Source: Clostridia bacterium
GTDB taxonomy: Bacteria > Bacillota > Clostridia > Saccharofermentanales > Saccharofermentanaceae
NCBI GenBank assembly: GCA_024403735.1
Contig: JAKSRG010000007.1
Coordinates: 19,430 to 83,429 of the forward strand
Direction: 5' to 3'
DNA: 64,000 nt
Both the position numbers and the translations under genes were made by a program. Numbering within the stretch: the stretch's first letter is position 1; each line of letters starts with the position of its first letter. Under the pieces are notes generated by a model. That model saw only the letters and a list, made by a program, of their open reading frames with translations. It was not told where the DNA came from and ran no database searches. This document shows positions 8,314 through 16,083 of this stretch, piece by piece.

Positions 8314-9045
8314 ATGGGTATTTTCGAACGAGAACTTTTAGAGAGAAAGAGTTGTTATATTGATGTTGTTTTGGTTATCGATTCAACTGGTAGCATGGAT
8401 ACTGTTATTGATAGAGTAAAAAAAGGTGCTTTGAATTTTTACTTTAAGTGTGTAAATAGTTCATTTGTTACGGAAATGTCGAAGTGTGGCATGGATTTTT
8501 CGCAGGTAAGGATTAAAGTTATCTGTTTTCGTGATTACAAATATGATGGACCTTATGCTATGAAAGAAAGTAGATTTTATGTTTTGCCAGATGAGGTAGA
8601 AGCGTTTCAATCTTTCTTGAATGATATGGAAGGAAAAGGTGGAGGGGACAATCAAGAATGTGCATGTGAAGCGTTAGCTTTAGCAATACGTTCTGATTGG
8701 ACTAATGAAGGGGATAAACGAAGACATGTAATCCTATTACTAACTGATTCTCCAACTTGTGAGTTGGGAGATATTGGCAGGGTTAGTAGCGAATACTATC
8801 CGCCTAATATGCCTAGTAATATTTCTGAATTGCATAGTATGTGGAATGGTTTAGGTGGACAAGAATTGTCTGGAATGCCTGATCAGCGAGCTAAACGAAT
8901 GTTGGTTTTTGCTCCCCCTCATTCAGATTTGGAATTTGTGTATGCTGATTATTGGGATAAAGTTTATTTAGAAGAAACTAGTTTTTCAGATGATATTATT
9001 GACCCTGATATGTTACTACAGTTTATGTATTGTGCAATTGATTAG
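8314..9045 (+). CDS. cytosolic vWA-like protein, paralog 2
   Basis: 243 aa with blocks VLVIDSTGSM, VRIKVICFRDY, CEALALAIRSDW, RRHVILLLTDSP and MWNG. It is clearly paralogous to 7615-8277 and 9064-9780. Confidence 0.8.
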   Translation: MGIFERELLERKSCYIDVVLVIDSTGSMDTVIDRVKKGALNFYFKCVNSSFVTEMSKCGMDFSQVRIKVICFRDYKYDGPYAMKESRFYVLPDEVEAFQSFLNDMEGKGGGDNQECACEALALAIRSDWTNEGDKRRHVILLLTDSPTCELGDIGRVSSEYYPPNMPSNISELHSMWNGLGGQELSGMPDQRAKRMLVFAPPHSDLEFVYADYWDKVYLEETSFSDDIIDPDMLLQFMYCAID

Positions 9046-9063
9046 AGTTGGAGGTGTTGTAAT

Positions 9064-9780
9064 ATGAGTTTATGGTCAAATGAGATGGTTTCAGCATTTT
9101 CGTATGATTGTTGTGCGGATATTGTATTTGTTGTTGATGCCTCTGCTAAGATGAAGCCTATTATCGATGATGTTAAGGATAAAATTCCTGCTATTTGTGA
9201 GAATATATTGAATTATATGGATCAGATGGGCAAACCGGTGCCAGAGCCAAGGGTAAAGATTATAGCCTTTCGAAATTATAGATATGATGGTCAAGATGCT
9301 ATGTTTGAGAGTAAGTTTTTTGATTGGTCTAAGGAACGAACTGAGTTTCTAGAATGTTTGAACGGAATTGAAGCTAGACATGGTGGATATTATGATAGTA
9401 GTGCATATGAAGCATTGGCTTTAGCGATGCGTTCCGATTGGAATGAAGCAGGTCGTGTACGAAGACATGTGATTATTCTTATTACCGATTCCCCGGCAAG
9501 TCCTTTGGGCGATCCCCAAATAATGAGTAATCCTTATTATCCTCAAAATATGCCGAAAAACTTAGAACAATTGGAAAGAATGTGGAATGGAGAAGATCAG
9601 GAAGAATTGCCTGGAATGTCAGTGAATAGAGGTGGTCGATTATTTATTCTTGCGCCATATGTTCCTTCATGGTCTGCCTTGGAGGGTTGGGAGCAGATTT
9701 GGAATATTTATTCACACGCTGGAGCAGATCTTAATGAGTTCGATTTTGATACAATATCTGAACTCCTAGTAGATGTATGA
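9064..9780 (+). CDS. cytosolic vWA-like protein, paralog 3 (degenerate MIDAS)
   Basis: 238 aa with the same conserved blocks (VKIIAFRNYRYDG, YEALALAMRSDW, RRHVIILITDSP, MWNG). The first motif reads VFVVDASAKM, that is DxSxK instead of DxSxS. Confidence 0.8.
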   Translation: MSLWSNEMVSAFSYDCCADIVFVVDASAKMKPIIDDVKDKIPAICENILNYMDQMGKPVPEPRVKIIAFRNYRYDGQDAMFESKFFDWSKERTEFLECLNGIEARHGGYYDSSAYEALALAMRSDWNEAGRVRRHVIILITDSPASPLGDPQIMSNPYYPQNMPKNLEQLERMWNGEDQEELPGMSVNRGGRLFILAPYVPSWSALEGWEQIWNIYSHAGADLNEFDFDTISELLVDV

Positions 9781-9864
9781 GATGAAATGCTAGACTGTTT
9801 TGTTTGATGAATGTGATACAATTGGTGCTAGAAGTGCAATTGTATGTACTCAAGGAGATAGATT

Positions 9865-10146
9865 ATGAAAAAGAGAAACAGAGCAATCATTGCTACAACT
9901 TTATTTGCAGTTGCAATGAACGTTAATGGTTGTGGATTATATGGTCCGCCAGCTGAGGTTGAACCTACGGTTGAAGTTAATTTAACACCTGAAGATTATT
10001 CTAAGTATGTTGATACTGAGGCGGCTTCAGATAGTTCAGCTGAGGGTGATAAAGCTAGCGATAAAGCTAGCGATAAGGCTAGCGAAGACAGTGCTGATGC
10101 TGCTTCTGCAGACGATGTTGAAGTTCAGGATGGAGACGCTGAATAA
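9865..10146 (+). CDS. small acidic lipoprotein
   Basis: AAGGAG lies upstream. The signal plus lipobox is ...FAVAMNVNGC. The mature part is acidic, with a DKAS x3 tandem repeat. Confidence 0.7.
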   Translation: MKKRNRAIIATTLFAVAMNVNGCGLYGPPAEVEPTVEVNLTPEDYSKYVDTEAASDSSAEGDKASDKASDKASEDSADAASADDVEVQDGDAE

Positions 10147-10167
10147 TTTGTAATTTTGGAGTTTTGG

Positions 10168-10596
10168 ATGGATATTTTTGAATTGATTAAGAAGGCTTTT
10201 GGCGGCGGTGACGCTACTTCTGCTAGTGATGCAATCAAGGAATTGTTTGGTAATACTGAGTTTAAGGATATCCCAGAAGAAGCGATGCGCGAGATTAGAA
10301 GACACGCAGGTTCCGATAACATGGACAAGGTTTTCGATATTCTCCAGGAATTTACGGGCCGCAATATGGACGCTGCTAGGGAAGTGGGTAAGTCTGCTCA
10401 GACAACAACTTCTACATACAGCGAGCCGGAGCCAATTAGGGCAGCTGTTGATCCTAATAATGTTCCTGAATATGTTGTGATGGAGATGAAACGCCTCGTT
10501 GACGATGGCTGCAAGATTCAGGCGGTTAAGTACATTCAGGAAGCTACTGGCTGGAATATTGTGGATGCCAAGGCTTTTGTTGAGAGATACGGCTGA
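10168..10596 (+). CDS. small soluble protein with a C-terminal ribosomal L7/L12-CTD-like domain
   Basis: The track ORF starts at TTG 10156. I prefer ATG 10168, with TTGGAG at 10156-10161. The C-terminus EYVVMEMKRLVDDGCKIQAVKYIQEATGWNIVDAKAFVERYG resembles the L7/L12 C-terminal domain pattern (K..AIK.VRE.TGLGL.EAK..VE). Confidence 0.6.
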   Translation: MDIFELIKKAFGGGDATSASDAIKELFGNTEFKDIPEEAMREIRRHAGSDNMDKVFDILQEFTGRNMDAAREVGKSAQTTTSTYSEPEPIRAAVDPNNVPEYVVMEMKRLVDDGCKIQAVKYIQEATGWNIVDAKAFVERYG

Positions 10597-10673
10597 GTTT
10601 GGCGCGTGACTGATGCTGCTATCGGGGTAGCTAATGTGAGTTGTCGCGTACACAAATTTTGATTAGATTACGG

Positions 10674-10705
10674 AATGCTCTTCGCTTAGGCGGAGGGCAT
10701 TTTTG
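10674..10705 (+). terminator. probable terminator of the 6.3-10.6 kb gene string
   Basis: AATGCTCT / AGGGCATT form an 8-bp stem with one G-U pair and a 12-nt loop, followed by T4-5. Confidence 0.5.
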
Positions 10706-10814
10706 CTGTCTTTTAGTATTGTATGGTTGTTCAAATAGAAAAGAGCTCATACCCGTGTGGTAAGGTATAAGCTCTTTTAGGTTTCTATTACATTATGCTA
10801 TGTTCAGCTTGTGA

Positions 10815-11738
10815 TTACTGTGCACTGAATGTGATCTCATCGGTGTCACAGATTGTTCGATATGTGTCTGCGTCGAAGATATGGAATGTCAAGGATACTT
10901 CATCAATTGATGTGATGCCGTTTTCTTCTAATTCTGAACTGAAGATCGTAATGTCATCGATGGCCATTTTGTTGCTATAAACAGTGCAAGAGAAGATTGG
11001 TGTCATCATGAAATTGTTGATGGACATATTCTCTGCGCTTATAGTAACGTTCTTGTCAGATGTGTTCTCGATATAGAGGAGAATTGCTGTTCCCCAGAAG
11101 CTATTCTCATCAACAGTCTTACCAATTATCTTGATACCATCTGCATTATAAAGCTCGATACCATCATCGTTAGCAGGAATACTCATGTTGTTAACTTCGG
11201 AAGTAGTGATCTCAATACACTCAGTATCGTAGATTGTCTCGTAAGTATCGTTATCATAGATGTGGAAATATACTTCAATCTTGCCTACTTTATCGATGCC
11301 TGATGCTTCCAATTCGTTGGAAAGGAAGTAGAGGTTGTCATAGGCATTCTTGCCAGCTGCTACATCAGTTGCGAACAAATCGTTAATCATATAGTCGTTA
11401 ACGATGAGGGCGCTACAGCCCACCATGATGTTGCGATCCGACTTGTTTTCGATAAGAAGCTTGATACCATCGCCCCAAATAGTATCGTGAATATATTCTT
11501 CAGCAGTGATTGTAAGTTCGTCGATGTTGAGGATTTCCTGAGCCTCGATTGTCACTTCCTTCTTGCTGGAAGTTGTTTCTTCAACTACTTCTTCTGTGTC
11601 GTTCTTAGTTTCTTTGGCATCGTCTTTGACAATTGCTTTTGTCTCCTTTGTTCCGCTAGAACTGCTACTAGCGAGTGCCATGAATGCAAATGTTGCTAGG
11701 CACAAAATAAGTGCGATTGATTTAATGAATTTTTTCAT
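10815..11738 (-). CDS. lipoprotein of unknown function with two internal repeat domains (paralog of 56378-57439 and 57625-58623)
   Basis: The signal is MKKFIKSIALILCLATFAFMALA. The ...LIENKSDRNIMV...VNDYMIN...YFHIYDNDTYETIYDTECIEI pattern occurs twice and is shared with the two 56-58 kb genes. Confidence 0.75.
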   Translation of the reverse strand: MKKFIKSIALILCLATFAFMALASSSSSGTKETKAIVKDDAKETKNDTEEVVEETTSSKKEVTIEAQEILNIDELTITAEEYIHDTIWGDGIKLLIENKSDRNIMVGCSALIVNDYMINDLFATDVAAGKNAYDNLYFLSNELEASGIDKVGKIEVYFHIYDNDTYETIYDTECIEITTSEVNNMSIPANDDGIELYNADGIKIIGKTVDENSFWGTAILLYIENTSDKNVTISAENMSINNFMMTPIFSCTVYSNKMAIDDITIFSSELEENGITSIDEVSLTFHIFDADTYRTICDTDEITFSAQ

Positions 11739-12156
11739 AGGTACCCCTCCTAATAATAATTAGCCCTGCAATCGCCGCTGCGACTGCCTCGAAAACAACA
11801 TCTAGCACATCGCTCGTTCCCAAGATAACTCCAGTGAACTGCAATAATTCAAGAGTTGTTCCTAGTAAGGTAACTAGAACGGTTATGGATAGCACGCACT
11901 TTTTCTTGCCACCAATAATCAACTGAATTGCGAATACTAATGAATAACTCCAAAGCATATCGAGCAGGTGGTTTCTCATGAAAAGAAGTACTGGTGTATC
12001 GACAATATTGCTTCTGATGGTGTGTGAACCAAGATGCGATGATACCCACTTAACCAAAATAACATCTGGGGCGAATGCGCAATAGAATAGTCCGCCGAAG
12101 GCTAGCGGAATAGCTATATTCATCACCACAAATGCTATTTCTTTAATCTTGTTCAT
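11722..12156 (-). CDS. small polytopic membrane protein (tentatively VanZ-like)
   Basis: The track ORF runs to 12207. I prefer ATG 12156 (MNKIKEIAFVV...). It has four hydrophobic segments. ...ELLQF...GTSDVLDVVFEAVAAAIAG loosely resembles the VanZ C-terminal motif. It overlaps the downstream lipoprotein gene by 17 nt. Confidence 0.55.
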   Translation of the reverse strand: MNKIKEIAFVVMNIAIPLAFGGLFYCAFAPDVILVKWVSSHLGSHTIRSNIVDTPVLLFMRNHLLDMLWSYSLVFAIQLIIGGKKKCVLSITVLVTLLGTTLELLQFTGVILGTSDVLDVVFEAVAAAIAGLIIIRRGTYEKIH

Positions 12157-12236
12157 ATTTATTACCTTAGGGAAATGGTACCAAAAATGGGCATTAAAAA
12201 TTCCCACCGCCGTGGTGGGAATAAAAAGCTGATATT

Positions 12237-12713
12237 TTAGTTATCTTCGGTTGTATTGACGCTTTTGAGTGCATCAAGATTGTTGGAAATTAGTTCTTGG
12301 TTCAGTTGGTGAATTGTTGAAGATTTCTCGTTGAATTTCATGATCAAGAAGGCATCACGAGGATTTCTAGCATATAGCTGAGCCATTTCATATTTGTTCA
12401 AAGCGCGTTGTGTCTCGTCGAGATTCATGCCTGCTGCATAGCAAATTCTTAGGATTACGTCACGCTGTCTAGTTTTCTTCTCGCCTGACAAAAGCTTGTA
12501 GCCGTAGCCTTCAGAGATATCTGCTCGTAAGAAAAGTTCTTTTTGTGTTAGCTTTTTGTCCTTGAGTATCAATCTTATGTATGCGTAGAAATCGTTACTA
12601 GGAGCAAGCATTGATATGCGGTTGTCGTTCACCACATTTTTGTAATCTGATGAGTGAGCTTCACCTAGAACTTTTAACAATTCGTTAGTGTTCAATTCAG
12701 TCATAGAAATCAC
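12237..12713 (-). CDS. XRE-family helix-turn-helix protein
   Basis: 158 aa. KLTQKELFLRADISEGYGYKLLSGEKKTRQRDVILRICYAAGMNLDETQRAL is an HTH_3-like segment. It is divergent from the kinase gene. Confidence 0.7.
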   Translation of the reverse strand: MISMTELNTNELLKVLGEAHSSDYKNVVNDNRISMLAPSNDFYAYIRLILKDKKLTQKELFLRADISEGYGYKLLSGEKKTRQRDVILRICYAAGMNLDETQRALNKYEMAQLYARNPRDAFLIMKFNEKSSTIHQLNQELISNNLDALKSVNTTEDN

Positions 12714-12798
12714 TCCTTGGATTTTTTACTGATAATATCACTACTTTCTCAAAATGCAATTACAGGTTTGCTATAATCAATCTGAAGGAGTAAAGCAT

Positions 12799-13866
12799 AT
12801 GTACACGCTAGTATCAGTTCTGAATAAAGATCATCAGGTGTTTCTAGTCAGGCGAGATGACGGCAAGATTTGTGTGCAGAAAAATATCAAAATTTATAAC
12901 ATTGCGGTCTACGAATACCTCAAGAATAATCACATCGCTGGAACTCCAATAATATATGATTTCTACGAGCAGAATAATGAACTAATAATAATTGAAGAGT
13001 TCATTGAAGGTGATAGTTTGTCTAGCATAATAGATTCTCAGTGTTCACTGGACATTAACGAAGGCATTCAGTATGTTATCCAGCTCCTTGGAACATTGAA
13101 GAACCTCCATGAGATAAAGCCTTCAATCGTTCATCGTGATCTTAAGCCTTCCAACATAATCATTAACTCTGATAATGAGCCAATCTTGATTGATTTTAAT
13201 GTTGCCAAACTTCATGATGATACATCTATTCAATCACGTGACACTGCACTTTTTGGTACTGTGGGATATGCTGCGCCTGAGCAGTATGGATTTGGTGTAT
13301 CAACAATCAAAACTGACATTTACGCAGTTGGCGTAATCCTTCAAGATATCCTCAATAAATCTATTGATATCAGCAAATCACAGCAGAATGATCTGATTAA
13401 GATTATTGCGAAATGTACAGAACTCAATCCAGATGATAGATTTGAAACTGTCAAGGAGTTGGAGACAGCTCTTCGTAACAATATCAATCTATATTCACGA
13501 AATACAGGTTTCTGGTCATATGTTGGCGCCGTGCTTCGTAAATATGCTTTCCCAGGGTTTCGCACTGGTAAGATATGGAAAATGATTGTCGCATCTTTGG
13601 TATACGCGATGATTATTTTTATCTCTGCTAGAATTACAGTCGAGGGTGGTACAGAGGTAATTATTGCCCTGTATAGAATTATCTTTTTTGCTTTGTCACT
13701 AGCTCTGATATTCTGCACCTTTAATTATAGAAATATCCAACGCTGTGCGCCTTTTGCCAGAAGCAAGAACTTCCTTCTAAGAATTTTTGGCGTCGCACTT
13801 TTTAATATCTGTGTTTTAGGTATGTTCTTATTCTTGTTGGTTCTTGGTGTGAATATATTTGGATAG
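12799..13866 (+). CDS. membrane-anchored Hanks-type Ser/Thr protein kinase
   Basis: The track ORF starts at 12754. I prefer ATG 12799, with GAAGGAG at 12784-12790. The catalytic loop is HRDLKPSNII, followed by DFN and GTVGYAAPE. The C-terminal third has 3-4 TM helices and no PASTA domain. Confidence 0.85.
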   Translation: MYTLVSVLNKDHQVFLVRRDDGKICVQKNIKIYNIAVYEYLKNNHIAGTPIIYDFYEQNNELIIIEEFIEGDSLSSIIDSQCSLDINEGIQYVIQLLGTLKNLHEIKPSIVHRDLKPSNIIINSDNEPILIDFNVAKLHDDTSIQSRDTALFGTVGYAAPEQYGFGVSTIKTDIYAVGVILQDILNKSIDISKSQQNDLIKIIAKCTELNPDDRFETVKELETALRNNINLYSRNTGFWSYVGAVLRKYAFPGFRTGKIWKMIVASLVYAMIIFISARITVEGGTEVIIALYRIIFFALSLALIFCTFNYRNIQRCAPFARSKNFLLRIFGVALFNICVLGMFLFLLVLGVNIFG

Positions 13867-14038
13867 ACTTGGATGGCGGCAGGGTGTTTTCGAGATGGTC
13901 AAATATTCCTTATTGCTTTTTTGTCTAATAAAGGTGGGCTTTTGTCCGATATGTTTATCCAACTGTTCAAGTGTACAAATTCATGCAAAGTAATAAACTT
14001 ATTCTTGCAATATTATTATTTAGGAGCGGTGGCTTTGT

Positions 14039-15268
14039 ATGGAAACTTATGGCATTTTTCTTGAGCTCGCTATTATCGTAATCACTTCGAAGATTTTTGG
14101 CCTTCTTGCTAAGAAGCTCAAAGCACCTCAGGTTGTAGGTCAGATTGTTGCTGGTATCCTTATCGGACCTAGCGTACTCGGCATTGTAAGCCTCACAGAT
14201 TTCTTGAAGCAGATGGCTGAGATTGGCGTAATTCTTCTTATGTTCTCTGCTGGTCTCGAGACAAATCTCCGTGACCTCAAGAAGACTGGTCTCAAAGCAA
14301 CTCTCATCGCATGCTGTGGTGTATTTATCCCACTCATCTGCGGTTCGCTCCTTTACATGGCTTTCTATGGCCCAGCTTCATTCGGTTCAGAGAAGTTCCT
14401 TAAGGCTGTGTTCATCGGCGTTATTTTGACAGCAACTAGCGTTAGTATCACTGTTCAGGCGCTCAAGGAAATGGGTCGTCTCAAGGGTGAAATTGGTACA
14501 ACAATCGTTAGTGCCGCAATTATCGACGACGTTATCGGTATCATCGTTCTTACAGTTGTTGTTGGTTTCAAGAACCCAGAGTCAAAGCCACTCAAGGTTA
14601 TCCTCAGCACAATCATGTTCTTCGCATTCGCGCTTATCGTAGGTGTCGTTCTCTACAAGATAATGAAGGCCCTCGACGGTAAGTACCCACATACAAGAAG
14701 AATTCCAATCATGGGTCTTGCAATCTGCTTTTCATTCGCATACATCGCTGAAGCAGTATTCGGCGTAGCTGATATCACAGGTGCTTACCTCGCAGGTATC
14801 ATCCTCTGCTCACTTAAGGACTCAGAGTACATCGCACGTAAGACAGACATCAATTCTTACATGCTCTTCGGACCAATCTTCTTCGCAAGTATCGGTCTTA
14901 ACACTAACCTCGATAGCATCGACATGAACATTATTCTTTTCACAGTTGCTTTCGTAGTAGTTGGTCTCCTCTCAAAAATCATCGGTTGCGGTCTTATGTC
15001 CAAGGCCCTCAAGTACAAGACTAAGGACTGTATCAAGATCGGCGTCGGCATGATGACACGAGGCGAGGTTGCCCTCATCGTTTCCCAGAAGGGTCGTTCA
15101 GTTGGCCTCGTTGGTGAAGCATATTTCACAGCGGTAATCGTCCTCATCGTGGTATCAAGTATCCTCACTCCAATCATCTTGAAGCTCCTCTACAAGGGTG
15201 AGCCTGATGACACTGTTAAAGCAGTCGAGGCTACTGGAACAGGCGACGCAGGTAAGGCTGCAACATAA
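14039..15268 (+). CDS. cation:proton antiporter (CPA2/Kef-NapA type)
   Basis: 409 aa and polytopic. The N-terminus ...SKIFGLLAKKLKAPQVVGQIVAGILIGPSVLG is typical of Na_H_Exchanger family proteins. Confidence 0.85.
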   Translation: METYGIFLELAIIVITSKIFGLLAKKLKAPQVVGQIVAGILIGPSVLGIVSLTDFLKQMAEIGVILLMFSAGLETNLRDLKKTGLKATLIACCGVFIPLICGSLLYMAFYGPASFGSEKFLKAVFIGVILTATSVSITVQALKEMGRLKGEIGTTIVSAAIIDDVIGIIVLTVVVGFKNPESKPLKVILSTIMFFAFALIVGVVLYKIMKALDGKYPHTRRIPIMGLAICFSFAYIAEAVFGVADITGAYLAGIILCSLKDSEYIARKTDINSYMLFGPIFFASIGLNTNLDSIDMNIILFTVAFVVVGLLSKIIGCGLMSKALKYKTKDCIKIGVGMMTRGEVALIVSQKGRSVGLVGEAYFTAVIVLIVVSSILTPIILKLLYKGEPDDTVKAVEATGTGDAGKAAT

Positions 15269-15332
15269 TTTATAAGTTTGTTCGTGGGCGCCCCCGGGCA
15301 CTTCCTAATTTTTATTGAGTTTGTTTAGATAG

Positions 15333-15360
15333 ATGCTCTCCTTCATCGGGGAGCATTTTT
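15333..15360 (+). terminator. intrinsic terminator
   Basis: ATGCTCTCC / GGGGAGCAT form the stem, followed by T5. Confidence 0.7.
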
Positions 15361-15487
15361 GTTGCGCTCGAAAACACTCTCTTGAGGGGCATTCTTTTGT
15401 TGTAGTCTACGTTTGGGATTTGGGTGCGTGCCAGGTTCTGAACGCGTTCTCTTCGAGACCGCGGTTGAAATGGTTTATGAGATTAAT

Positions 15488-15849
15488 ATTCAGAGTAAGC
15501 GTAGCACCAGCGCGTTCGACTCGTACATCTATACTGAATTTCAGGCTAAAGAGCGTAAAAACTATAAAAATTCAGAGTAAACGTAGCACCAGCGCGTTCG
15601 ACTCGTACATTTATACTGAATTTCAGGCTAAACAGCGTAAAAACTATCAAAATTCAGAGTAAATGTAGCACCAGCGCGTTCGACTCGGACATTTATACTG
15701 AACAATCTCAACCAGCAAGAGTAAATGCACGACTAACGCTTCTGACTCTTGCTGTTACTCTTGATATCCATAGATTTCATGCTCAAAACCGCCTTCAACA
15801 AGAGTAAATGCAAGAGTAACGCTTCTGACTCTTGCTGTTGCTCTTGATA
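15488..15849. repeat. three tandem 82-bp direct repeats followed by two related ~54-nt hairpin copies
   Basis: Units start at 15488, 15570 and 15652 (ATTCAGAGTAA.CGTAGCACCAGCGCGTTCGACTCGTACAT.TATACTGAATTTCAGGCTAAA.AGCGTAAAAACTAT.AAA), and the third is truncated. Then GCAAGAGT-N22-ACTCTTGC hairpins lie at about 15715-15752, with a related copy at about 15797-15836. Confidence 0.85.
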
Positions 15850-16083
15850 ATTCATTTGTTGCGCCGCATACATTCCGTAGAACGACACCTATACACGGTG
15901 TTCTATTTCCAATGAACGTTTCATTCTTCAATGAGCCTTCTGTTTTACCATGTGTGGCGCCTATAACCATTGGAAGTTCAAAATCATTAATAAAAAATAG
16001 AATAATGCACTTGCGGTTTGTGGCGGGAGTTTATAAGATAGTTCTGTTGCGGAAAATATTATTAATTAAAGAGGTGTAGTGAT

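Noticed and set aside
6290-9780. AT-rich blocks (6.3-9.8 kb and 52.1-55.5 kb) as integrated mobile elements or prophage remnants
   Set aside because: No integrase, transposase, recombinase, tRNA attachment site or flanking direct or inverted terminal repeats could be found. The compositional shift was judged by eye only, so I describe the blocks as accessory-looking, not as mobile elements.
10036-10653. 205-aa minus-strand ORF (and 10125-10364 minus)
   Set aside because: It overlaps two better-supported plus-strand genes, the lipoprotein with a lipobox and the L12-CTD-like protein with an RBS. Its sequence is Ser/Ile-rich and low in plausibility.
15333-15970. ORFs 15333-15662 (plus) and 15755-15970 (minus) in the antiporter-buk gap
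   Set aside because: They start inside or after a terminator, run through the 82-bp tandem repeats, and have no RBS or recognisable domains.
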